From Capsulimonadales bacterium (GTDB taxonomy: Bacteria; Armatimonadota; Armatimonadia; Armatimonadales; Armatimonadaceae): a stretch of 38,094 bases of DNA. The stretch covers positions 1 through 38,094 of the forward strand of contig JANRLW010000079.1 in the NCBI GenBank assembly GCA_033762295.1. Reading direction: 5' to 3'. Every line of letters begins with the position of its first letter. Positions within the stretch are counted from its first letter, which is position 1. The translations under genes were made by a program, and so were the position numbers. Shown one piece after another: positions 1 to 8,127 of the stretch. The notes below the pieces were generated by a model. It saw nothing but the letters and a program-made list of their open reading frames with translations, did not search any database and was not told where the DNA came from.

Positions 1-432
1 CCCCTTATCAAATGTGAACCGCCCCGCGTGCGCCGGGAGGCGCGACAGGATGTCATCGAACGGCTTAGCGGAGTAGGATTTCTGCTTCTCGGTCAAGATG
101 TAAATGATAACACGGTCGTACTTCTCGTACAGACGATGCTCGATCACTTTCTCTAACGTGTGTTTGACCTTCTCGCTGTCGCTGGTTGAAGTGATTTGGA
201 AAGCCACCCGCGCAGTCTCGTCGCCCAGATCAATACCAGGGTAGTTTGCCCCCTCCGTCGCGTTGAGATTTTTCAGGTCATGGAACCCGTAAACATGACG
301 AAGTAACGGAATCATAAAGTCTTCCGAAACGTGGTTGATGTCCGTCCGACTCATAGCGGTGAAGCCCTTGATCTGGGCGACGAAGCGGGACATCAACTCA
401 ACGATGCGATTTTGGGTATGCAGGGTCTTCAA
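1..432 (-). CDS. SMEK-domain protein, N-terminal part only (continues off the left edge); probable defence-associated protein
   Basis: Not in the ORF track; translated by hand from TTG at 432: MKTLHTQNRIVELMSRFVAQIKGFTAMSRTDINHVSEDFMIPLLRHVYGFHDLKNLNATEGANYPGIDLGDETARVAFQITSTSDSEKVKHTLEK..., open to base 1. The 'DIN..sE...L.NLN....N.PGIDLGD.....aFQITS.....K' pattern matches the N-terminal SMEK domain. Confidence 0.8.
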   Translation of the reverse strand, partial: MKTLHTQNRIVELMSRFVAQIKGFTAMSRTDINHVSEDFMIPLLRHVYGFHDLKNLNATEGANYPGIDLGDETARVAFQITSTSDSEKVKHTLEKVIEHRLYEKYDRVIIYILTEKQKSYSAKPFDDILSRLPAHAGRFTFDKG

Positions 433-591
433 TGGTGTGGTTTGACGCGGGTCGCGCTGGCAATGAAATTACGAAGTAAACTACGCTCAACTTCGGAAAC
501 CGGAAAGGTCGTCGAAAAAATTTATAGCACTGGACCCATCTCATGGGGTTGGTCTGCCAAGCCGTGATGTTCGGCTCGGCAGGCTTTTGCG

Positions 592-1374
592 TCAGACCCG
601 CTGTGGCACATTCAATGGGTATCGGTCACGGTCGATCTTGTAGGAGTGGAAATCTGACCACACATTATCAAGAACGTCCGCTACTTCGTGTTGGGACTCA
701 CTGGCGTGGGTTATTAACACTGGGTCAATCTCATCGCCCTCCTCGTGCCAGAGTTGCCACACACCATCGTGATTCTGCTCGAACTGCCCACCAGCGTGAT
801 AAAGCATCTGCAATAGAAAGATGGCCTTAACACGTGGCGGGATTGCTGTGGCATCACACATTCCCGCAATGACGGTAGCAACGATAACGGCGACTCCTTG
901 AAGCGTTACTGCTTCAGGCAGATGGGCACTCCCACTTTCCGACAGTCTGACGTTAGGATGTAAGCAACGAATCGCTTCGATTGCGAACGCCATCGCGTCC
1001 TTCACGTTATCGTGTCGCCCAAAATCAAATGCTATACCGCCTCGCTCGACTTCGACGCTCCATGAGCGTTCTGCTTCATCCCATCGAACGCATGAGGCGG
1101 CTTCCGCTTCCTTCGAAATCTCCCGAGTAGAACAGTCACGAGGAGCGCGGCGCTCAAACTTGGCGACGGCCTTCCAGACAGTCTCCACTCTGTCCTTGTC
1201 GATCATACGAGTGTAGCGGTCTGGGTCGCGATGTGCCGCTAACTCCTCGTCGGTGAGTAAGTCTGAGTTGTCGTATTCGTCGTAATGAACGCCGTCTTGG
1301 TTATCGTTGTAGATGCTGTGGTCATCTGATCCCAGTGGATCACAACCGGTGAGAAGCAGTTTTCTTGTAGTCAT
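592..1374 (-). CDS. Hypothetical protein (260 aa) with a central AP2-like DNA-binding segment
   Basis: Clean ORF with AAGGA upstream. Segment CVRWDEAERSWSVEVERGGIAFDFGRHDNVKDAMAFAIEAIRCLH resembles the AP2 pattern V.W.....W...I...G....lG.f....eA......a...lh. Confidence 0.55.
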   Translation of the reverse strand: MTTRKLLLTGCDPLGSDDHSIYNDNQDGVHYDEYDNSDLLTDEELAAHRDPDRYTRMIDKDRVETVWKAVAKFERRAPRDCSTREISKEAEAASCVRWDEAERSWSVEVERGGIAFDFGRHDNVKDAMAFAIEAIRCLHPNVRLSESGSAHLPEAVTLQGVAVIVATVIAGMCDATAIPPRVKAIFLLQMLYHAGGQFEQNHDGVWQLWHEEGDEIDPVLITHASESQHEVADVLDNVWSDFHSYKIDRDRYPLNVPQRV

Positions 1375-1624
1375 TTCTGTTGATTCCTTTTCTCAGTCCA
1401 GCACGGCTTTCCGCCGCACTGGGTCAGTATCTCACTGACATAATGTATGTCCTGCCGAGCCGCATATGATTCACCCGTTAAATTCGAAAATCGGTTTGCT
1501 TTTTTTGGCCTACCATTTGTAGGGCTTTTTTCTCTGCTCGCCTCGGCGTGTTGGTGTCAATAGAACATAAGAATCTACGGGTAAGGGGTGGGACACCCCG
1601 GAGCAAGTCAATTACCGAAGGATG

Positions 1625-3109
1625 TCACTCTGGCTCAAGAAGGGTCAACAATCCCAGTGATGCCGCACGCGCCGAGAAGACTGCTTGTAGACGGCGCACA
1701 ATTCGCTCACGTTGATTAGCGTCTGTGACGTGGACACTGACACCATCGTGCAACCAGGACACGACGACCAGATCGCGTTCGGCCTCAAAGATGGGAAGGA
1801 GGGATAGCATGAGGGCAACCTCATACGACTGGACCTCCTGAGCCAGCAGAGATCGCATTTTTGCCTGTCGGCGGTTATAGTCGATGCGACGCCCGAACGC
1901 ATCCACGATGTGTCGCTCCCTCTTAATTTGCCTTAGTCGAGCCTGACGGGCGGCGAGCAGTTCGGCGATGATAGGGTGGGCGAGGAAGGAATCCGCTGCC
2001 TCCCCACTAACATCGTTTACTGGTTTGACCGACATCGGCGTGCGCCTTCCTCTTTTTCGTGATTGTTGATAATTGGGTAGCCCGAGCAGGTTACGCCGGA
2101 CGTTGATGACCTTCATTCCAAAAATGATCGAGTATAGTGCTTCCTTAACTAAAGGCTTGGCATCAGGACCGACTCCCATTGCACTGAGAAGTTCGGTCCA
2201 AATAGACTGTCGGGACGAGAGGAATTCCGATACGCGGGGAACGTCCCACAGTTTTGCGACGACAGCCAGTTGGCAGGCGCGAGCATCCAGAGATACGCAA
2301 CCATGTAACGCCGCCTTGCGGAGTGCGCGAGGGAGTTGGTGGATCGTCGCTCCCAGCGCATGAAGCCGAGGTGTCCTTTCGGATGCCGCGTAGATCATCT
2401 TGCAGTAGTCCCGCAAAACCAAGAGGGTTCTATGAGCCGCATCCCTCGATGCGCCTTCGGGCATATTGTCAAACTCTCGCAGGACACGCGGCCAATTCGC
2501 CCGAACGATTTTGCCAATCGTGGTCTGCGGTTGGTTGTTGAGGTATGTCATCAAGGTGTGAGCAGGGTGATCTGGACCAACACCATCGGCGAGAAGTTTG
2601 AGCGTCTCCGTGTATGTTGCGGCCTCCGCGTACATCTTCTTGCGGGTCACAGGGATGCCGGTCACAAACCATACTTGGCCCCCGGTTTTGCCAAAGGCAT
2701 GGAGTGGCTCATCCTCAAGGATGTCCTGAACATCCTGGGGCAAATCACGGATAACCGTTCGGGCCTCACCTTCCCAATGGTTGTGGGGGCTCACGTTAAG
2801 CCGCCAAACGTCCTGGCTGAACGAGTAGAGCCAGTCGGCAGCCGCGAAGTGACGCTTGCCAGCAATGGGTTTGCCCCTGACAACTTTCTCGATGGTGGTC
2901 GCCGGGACAATCAGCCTCCCCTCGTCATCCTCGAAACGCGAGAAAATCAGGTATTCGACCATGCGGCGGTACGCCTCAGCGTGAGGATGGTACGAAAGGG
3001 CTGGATAGGAGGCGAGTAGGGCATCGCGGCCTTGCTGGCTGATTTTTGCCGGAAACGGCACATAGGAGCGCGTAAGTGCCGCGCTGGGTAGTGAGTATGT
3101 CTGTTGCAT
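1625..3109 (-). CDS. Stand-alone, divergent family A DNA polymerase-like protein (polymerase domain only)
   Basis: PolA motifs in order: TPRLHALGATIHQLP (TGRLSS..PNLQNIP-like), motif A SLDARACQL, motif B KPLVKEALYSIIFG, LAQEVQSYE (N..IQG-like), motif C SWLHDGV. No recognisable exonuclease motifs in the N-terminal part. Confidence 0.75.
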   Translation of the reverse strand: MQQTYSLPSAALTRSYVPFPAKISQQGRDALLASYPALSYHPHAEAYRRMVEYLIFSRFEDDEGRLIVPATTIEKVVRGKPIAGKRHFAAADWLYSFSQDVWRLNVSPHNHWEGEARTVIRDLPQDVQDILEDEPLHAFGKTGGQVWFVTGIPVTRKKMYAEAATYTETLKLLADGVGPDHPAHTLMTYLNNQPQTTIGKIVRANWPRVLREFDNMPEGASRDAAHRTLLVLRDYCKMIYAASERTPRLHALGATIHQLPRALRKAALHGCVSLDARACQLAVVAKLWDVPRVSEFLSSRQSIWTELLSAMGVGPDAKPLVKEALYSIIFGMKVINVRRNLLGLPNYQQSRKRGRRTPMSVKPVNDVSGEAADSFLAHPIIAELLAARQARLRQIKRERHIVDAFGRRIDYNRRQAKMRSLLAQEVQSYEVALMLSLLPIFEAERDLVVVSWLHDGVSVHVTDANQRERIVRRLQAVFSARAASLGLLTLLEPE

Positions 3110-3318
3110 ACCCGCTACGTCCTGCCAACATTAAAGCGATCCGACCGTTAATTGCGATTGAATTTTTGCCGATGCACGGGCTTCGACCACAGCGAAAAAA
3201 GTTTCAAAAAAGTTTGTCGCTGGACGCAACTTATACTGTCGCCACCCTGATAAGAAAATGCGCGGAGGAGACACGGTAACGGTCACAGTACACCGCGCTA
3301 CAGAACGAGGAGATCGCG

Positions 3319-3528
3319 ATGAGTAAACAATGGATTCTTCAAAGCGCCGCTGACATAAACGCGGCCTACCCTGACACGTTCCTAATTCCGAGCGTCAGGG
3401 AACGAAATAACCTCCGGGTGGGGGATGTTGTAAAACTGATCTTCGCTCCGGTTGACGGGGGGACTTGCCCCGAGCGTATGTGGGTCGAAGTTGTGAAGGT
3501 CGGGCCGGGGCTTCGTATTCGAGGTTAA
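3319..3528 (+). pseudogene. Probably truncated small conserved hypothetical protein (PDTF.IP...R..L..GD.VKLIF...ERMWV type)
   Basis: Good RBS (GAGGAG) and ATG. The conserved-looking sequence stops at ERMWVEVVKVGPG, where it runs into the antisense of the methyltransferase gene. Confidence 0.55.
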
Positions 3529-4201
3529 AAATTCGTTTCGCACCGGGATTCTTCGCATAAAAAAGAAGATCATCGTGCATCGACTGGTAATTCGTGGATG
3601 TCGAAGGCCAGCGCCTATAGCTCCAAATAACATGATTGAGAAACGCCTTTTCGCCAAATATCTCGTCCATCAACACTTTGATGTAGTGACTCTTCTTCTG
3701 GTCTAAATGCACATAGATGCAACCGTTATCTGACAATAAATCTCGAAGCATTATGAGGCGGCGGCGAATGAATTCAAGGAATTTGGCCCCTGCAATCTTG
3801 TCTTGGTATGCTTTCTGGTCTTGGCTACCGTGAAAATCCTGTTTAGTTGCAAAAGGTGGATCAATATAAATAAGGCGGACGCCTTCGGAGCCATCAGCAT
3901 TTTTGAGTTCTCCCCGTTTCTTCATCGCAAGTAAGGTCTTCATGGCCTGGAGGTTGTCACCAAATATGAGCAGATTGCGCCAATCGGTAGTGCCAGGGTT
4001 CGAGCCGAACGTGCGGACAGGCTGAAGCGGAACCGCCATCGTATCCGCCAGTATGTCGGCTTCGCGCTCCTTGCCGCCGTACACGAGTTCGTACTCGCGC
4101 CGCTCCGGGGGGAACAAGAACCGCTGGTACTCCAGCGGCACATCCTCGCCGCGCATAAGCAGGTCTACTATCTCATCTCGAATATCGTCAGGTAATGTCA
4201 T
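3395..4201 (-). pseudogene. Truncated type III Mod-like / beta-class N6-adenine DNA methyltransferase
   Basis: LIFGDNLQAM, catalytic IYIDPPF, GCIYVHLD and EIFG...F.N motifs are present. Resemblance ends at ...RIFNLEYEAP (~3506), and the SAM-binding FxGxG motif I is absent. Confidence 0.8.
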
Positions 4202-4474
4202 AAGCGTTTTGAGGTAGTTGAGCCGACTCTCCCAGCCCGCTCTTCTTCCTGATCCAGTATAGGACAGGAACTACCGGCGCGGTAGCCAAAGCGGAAACGT
4301 AAGGCAAACGATTAGGTAGCACAGGCTGGGGCAATCAACCTGTGCGGCGAGGGCGTTACCGAGGAACCCTTTGGAAGTTTGCCGCCGTCCGACGTAGAAT
4401 AGGCAGGGCGCGGCTGTGGACGGATTATCCTTCTCGGGGATTGAACGCATGGACCGCCGTGATAAGTTCACCCA

Positions 4475-5812
4475 ATGAGAGGCGCAAGAATGAGAGGGCG
4501 AGACCGTTCGGGGAAGCAGGTGGATGGGGCGATAACACGCCCTCTGATCCTGCTTGGGATAACTGTTCTGATAGATTTGTTGGGATTTGGAATTGTTTTG
4601 CCAAATCTCCCGCAATACATCGAACTGGCTGTCGGAAAGGATCATCGACACGCGGCGTTCATCGCCGGACTGCTCGCCGCCTCCTATTCGCTGACACAGT
4701 TCCTTTGCGCTCCGTTCTGGGGCAGTTACAGCGATCGGGCGGGCCGACGACCGGTAATCCTGATCTCCCTGATCGGGGTCGGCATCTCCTATATCTTCTT
4801 CGGGTTCGCGAACGGAAGTCTGACACTGCTGTTCATCGCCCGGCTGCTGGCCGGTCTGCTTTCGTCGGCGTCGATCGGGGTGGCGTTCGCCTATGTCGCC
4901 GATGTCACGTCGCCGGAGAACCGCGCGGTCGGCATGGGACTGCTCGGCGCATGTTTCGGACTCGGTTTCGCTTTCGGCCCGGTGGTCGGCGGACTGCTCG
5001 GAACCATCGACCTTGCCCTTCCCGCCTTTGTCGCCGCCGGAATGGCCTTCGCCAACTTTGTCCTTTCCTATTTCCTGCTGCCCGAATCGCTGACGGCGGG
5101 GCAGCGGACGGAACTGGCCCGACGGAAGCGGGAAGCCTATCCGGCCATGATGCGCCGGGTGCTGAAAGATCCCGCGTCTCCGCTCTTCCTGGTGACCTTC
5201 ATCCTGACCTTCGGCTTCGCCGCGATCGAGCAGGCGTTCGGCTTTTTCCTGATGGCGCGGGGCATCGCGACGCCGGAGACGCAGCAGGTGCGACAGGCCT
5301 ATCTGCTGGGATTCGTCGGGGTGGTCGGAATCGTTCTCCAGGGGTTTTTGATCGGACCGCTGGTCCGGAGATTCGGAGAGGGCCTGCTGGTCCGTCTGGG
5401 ACTGGCGATCCTGACCGTCGGGTATGTGCTGCTCCTGATCCCCCGCGAATGGGGCGTCATGGTCTTTGTGGCGACGCTGTTCGTGGCGTTCGGTCGGTCG
5501 ATGATCGGTCCGGCGGCGACCTCGCTGATTTCGCGGAGGACGCGGGTCGGTCAGGGATTGATCCAGTCGTCCTCGCAGGGGTTCGATGCGCTCGCACGCA
5601 CGGTCGGACCGTTGACGGCGGGCGCATTGTTCAACGCCCTCGGCCCGACCGCGCCCTATGTGTTCTCGGCCGGATTGACGGTGCTGGCGCTGTTCGTGAC
5701 GTTCGTCTTTGCCGGGGCGATGACCGTGCCGCCGCAGGAAGCGGTGGAGGTCGAGACGCAGAACACGGAGGCGGCGATGGTCTCCTCCGGGAAGGTCGGT
5801 GCGGTCGAATGA
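4475..5812 (+). CDS. MFS transporter, TetA/DHA1-like (start uncertain: 4475, 4490 or 4520)
   Basis: D.LGFGIVLP motif, motif A GSYSDRAGRR, motif C GFAFGPVVGG, about 12 hydrophobic segments. Confidence 0.9.
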   Translation: MRGARMRGRDRSGKQVDGAITRPLILLGITVLIDLLGFGIVLPNLPQYIELAVGKDHRHAAFIAGLLAASYSLTQFLCAPFWGSYSDRAGRRPVILISLIGVGISYIFFGFANGSLTLLFIARLLAGLLSSASIGVAFAYVADVTSPENRAVGMGLLGACFGLGFAFGPVVGGLLGTIDLALPAFVAAGMAFANFVLSYFLLPESLTAGQRTELARRKREAYPAMMRRVLKDPASPLFLVTFILTFGFAAIEQAFGFFLMARGIATPETQQVRQAYLLGFVGVVGIVLQGFLIGPLVRRFGEGLLVRLGLAILTVGYVLLLIPREWGVMVFVATLFVAFGRSMIGPAATSLISRRTRVGQGLIQSSSQGFDALARTVGPLTAGALFNALGPTAPYVFSAGLTVLALFVTFVFAGAMTVPPQEAVEVETQNTEAAMVSSGKVGAVE

Positions 5813-6573
5813 CGGTGTCGTGCAAGGGGCGGATCGGATGGGCCGGAATCGCGGTCCTCGTGCTGTTCGCGGCGGGCTGTACCCGACGTGTGGAGCAGGA
5901 GGCCGAAAAGCAGTTCAAAGCGGCGTTGCCCGAGTATGTCGGTCCGGCGGAACGCTACGACGTCCGGGTGAGGAGCGACAGCGCGGGAGCGGTGATGCGC
6001 GGACGACTGCGGCAGGTTCGGGTCGACGGGCGGAAGGTGCAGGTGGAACCGACGCTGACGCTGGATCGATTGACGCTGGATTTCGAGGAGGTCTCTCTGG
6101 ATACGCGGGCTCGCCGCCTGCAGAGTATCGGCCGCGCGACGTTCGAGTGCCGTATCCATGCGCCGGTGTTGCAGGAGTACGTGCGGCGTCAGCATCCGGA
6201 GATTCCGGACCTGGGGATCGCGCTCCGGGCGGACAGCCTTTTCATCACGGCGCGGCCGGACGCGCTCGGACTGGTGGAAAAACCGTTCCAACTCGACCTG
6301 CCGGGGAAGCTGCCGGTAACGATCACGGTGGAGGGGAAACTGACCCCGTCCGGGCCGACGCAGTTGAACTTTTCCCCCGAGAAGGCGGGGGTCAGCATCG
6401 TCCCGATACCGCGGTTCGCCCTGGAGTTTCTGGCGAAGCGTCTGAACCCGGTGGTCAATCTGTCGACCATGAAGGTGCCGATTCAGGCCGACCGCGCCTT
6501 CGTGCGCGGAGAGTATCTCCACTTCACCGGGACCATCCGACCGGAGGATCTTCTCCGACTCCCGTCCCGGTGA
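5809..6573 (+). CDS. DUF2993 / LmeA-like lipoprotein
   Basis: ATG overlaps the MFS stop (ATGA). Signal peptide with lipobox FAAGC, then a beta-rich body. This is the real part of the 743-aa track ORF. Confidence 0.65.
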   Translation: MTVSCKGRIGWAGIAVLVLFAAGCTRRVEQEAEKQFKAALPEYVGPAERYDVRVRSDSAGAVMRGRLRQVRVDGRKVQVEPTLTLDRLTLDFEEVSLDTRARRLQSIGRATFECRIHAPVLQEYVRRQHPEIPDLGIALRADSLFITARPDALGLVEKPFQLDLPGKLPVTITVEGKLTPSGPTQLNFSPEKAGVSIVPIPRFALEFLAKRLNPVVNLSTMKVPIQADRAFVRGEYLHFTGTIRPEDLLRLPSR

Positions 6574-6582
6574 CGACCCGAC

Positions 6583-6837
6583 TTACAGATATTTCTTCTT
6601 TTTGGCGGGCGCGGCGTAGGGTTCGGGCGTGAACTGCTTGTAGGCGGTCTGGAGATACTGCCAGATGTGCGCACAGCAGAAGAGGGCGACGAACGCGATA
6701 CCTGCCGCTCGGCGCGTGCCTTTCGGGATGAGGAAGATGACGCAGGCGGTCATCAGCATCGCCCAGATGCGCCACCACTTATCGGGACCGTACAGGAAAA
6801 GAAGGGTGTCGCGTACGGGTTGCGGCAAGGACTCCAT
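6583..6837 (-). CDS. Small membrane protein (2 TM), hypothetical
   Basis: GGAGG RBS before ATG, two hydrophobic segments, host-like codon usage. Confidence 0.7.
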   Translation of the reverse strand: MESLPQPVRDTLLFLYGPDKWWRIWAMLMTACVIFLIPKGTRRAAGIAFVALFCCAHIWQYLQTAYKQFTPEPYAAPAKKKKYL

Positions 6838-6965
6838 GAAACCTCCGGGAAACCTGTTTCAAATACCGATACCAACGTCGGATTTTCGATATTGATTATC
6901 GGTCCCGGGGGGAGGCTGGCTCAGGGGTAGTTTTGTCTGATGAAGTACGAAAGGCGATGGCGTAC

Positions 6966-6999
6966 CCGGTAGGTCCGACGATCCGGTAGGTCCGACGAT
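6966..6999. repeat. Perfect 17-bp tandem duplication (CCGGTAGGTCCGACGAT x2)
   Basis: Read directly: 6966-6982 and 6983-6999. Confidence 0.9.
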
Positions 7000-7853
7000 C
7001 ACAACAACTCGAACAGGAGTTCGACCGGGTAGAAGACACCGCCGAAGGGCGCGGTGGTCAGGTTCAGGCCGTTCTTTCCGGCGATCGCCTCGCAAAAGAC
7101 CCGCCAGTGGGTCGCCGGAATAATGCGGCTCTGCCGCAGTTTGCCATTGAGGGAACCGACCAGGCCCGCTTTACCGCCGCGCGGGGAGAAACTCACCCGC
7201 ACCCGTCGGCCCTCAGGGGCGTCGATCCGGAAGGCGTAGAGCATGCCGTAGGTGCCGTCGAGCGCATGATGCATCCCGATCTCCCGCTCCCCGATCCGGA
7301 AGTAGCGGGTTCGGGTTTCACCGGAAAGGGAGACCTCGATTTCCCGGCGCGGGTCCGGAACGACGATCGTGTGCACGCCCGGCGCGGTCCAGCGGTCGTG
7401 ACGGAAGTAGAGGCGCAGCACGGCATCGGTCTCGCAGCGGACGGTGAGAACGCCGGAGGCGACCTGACGCGGGCGCAGCGGGTAGGCGAAACGCGCGAAG
7501 CCTTTCTTCCCGACGAACTCCGTGTCGGGTGAGGACAGGTAGCGGGCCATCGCCTGCCGACCGGCGACGCTCGGATCGCGGTTCGGATCGGCCAACCCCT
7601 GCCGCGCCGAGAAGCGAAGCGGACTGCCGTTCGTCTCGCGCAGACCGATCACGAACGGGGCGGTGTCGCGGGTGACATTCCGGAAGTGATAAAAAATGGT
7701 ATACGTCTCTCCCGCCCTGAGGAGCGCGTTGCCGTACGCGCCGGGAAGACGGATTTTCTCCGGATTGTTGCAGAAGAGGAGATGCTCCCCGGCAAGGACG
7801 GGACACGGAAGAGCGAGCAGAACCAGCAGTAGGACGACGATGCTTCTGGGCAT
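6999..7853 (-). CDS. Secreted hypothetical protein (284 aa)
   Basis: Signal peptide MPRSIVVLLLVLLALPCPVLA, host-like codon usage, conserved-looking motifs LLFCNNPE, GTYGMLY and PRGG. Confidence 0.75.
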   Translation of the reverse strand: MPRSIVVLLLVLLALPCPVLAGEHLLFCNNPEKIRLPGAYGNALLRAGETYTIFYHFRNVTRDTAPFVIGLRETNGSPLRFSARQGLADPNRDPSVAGRQAMARYLSSPDTEFVGKKGFARFAYPLRPRQVASGVLTVRCETDAVLRLYFRHDRWTAPGVHTIVVPDPRREIEVSLSGETRTRYFRIGEREIGMHHALDGTYGMLYAFRIDAPEGRRVRVSFSPRGGKAGLVGSLNGKLRQSRIIPATHWRVFCEAIAGKNGLNLTTAPFGGVFYPVELLFELL

Positions 7854-7943
7854 GGAACCGTGAAATCCACTTTCCGGGAGGTTATCGTCAGGGTATCATA
7901 CCGATCCGGCCCCCGCTTTCGGTGCGAAGGAATCCGACGGGGC

Positions 7944-7975
7944 GTCCGGAGTTTGGCCCGTCCGGAGTTTGGCCC
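7944..7975. repeat. Perfect 16-bp tandem duplication (GTCCGGAGTTTGGCCC x2)
   Basis: Read directly: 7944-7959 and 7960-7975. Confidence 0.9.
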
Positions 7976-8002
7976 TTCGGGTGCGGCGGAACGTACGGAA
8001 CG

Positions 8003-8011
8003 TGCTATAAT
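8003..8011 (+). promoter_or_regulatory. Extended -10 promoter (TGCTATAAT) of the ileS operon leader
   Basis: Perfect TGnTATAAT about 280 nt upstream of the ileS start. Confidence 0.7.
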
Positions 8012-8025
8012 GGTTCTTGCGTAGC

Positions 8026-8127
8026 ATGTATCAACGGACGACGGCAATGAACGTGGCGTGCGCGGCGGTCAACCGCGGCGCGGGCAACGGCGGCATAGAA
8101 CAGATTATTTCGCGCCCCTCGGCGTGA
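8026..8127 (+). CDS. Putative ileS leader peptide (33 aa, MYQRTTAMNVACAAVNRGAGNGGIEQIISRPSA; alternative start at 8047)
   Basis: Short ORF just after the -10. It has Ile codons ATA, ATT, ATT near its end, followed by a segment (8111-8126) complementary to 8190-8205. Confidence 0.6.
   Translation: MYQRTTAMNVACAAVNRGAGNGGIEQIISRPSA

Larger units (their letters stand above)
1..4620. mobile_element. Right-hand part of an integrated, partly degraded genomic island
   Basis: Visibly more AT-rich than the rest of the window, with A/T-ending codons. Cargo is SMEK, PolA-like and a broken methyltransferase. Host-like G/C-ending codons resume at ~4610-4650. No integrase in the window; boundary approximate. 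Confidence 0.65.

Noticed and set aside
4202..4474. tRNA or tmRNA integration target at the island edge
   Set aside because: No cloverleaf, TTCGA T-loop or CCA end recognisable on either strand.
4342..5808. N-terminal two-thirds of the 743-aa track ORF
   Set aside because: Arg/Gly-rich off-frame shadow of the MFS gene; only the part from ATG 5809 looks like a real protein.
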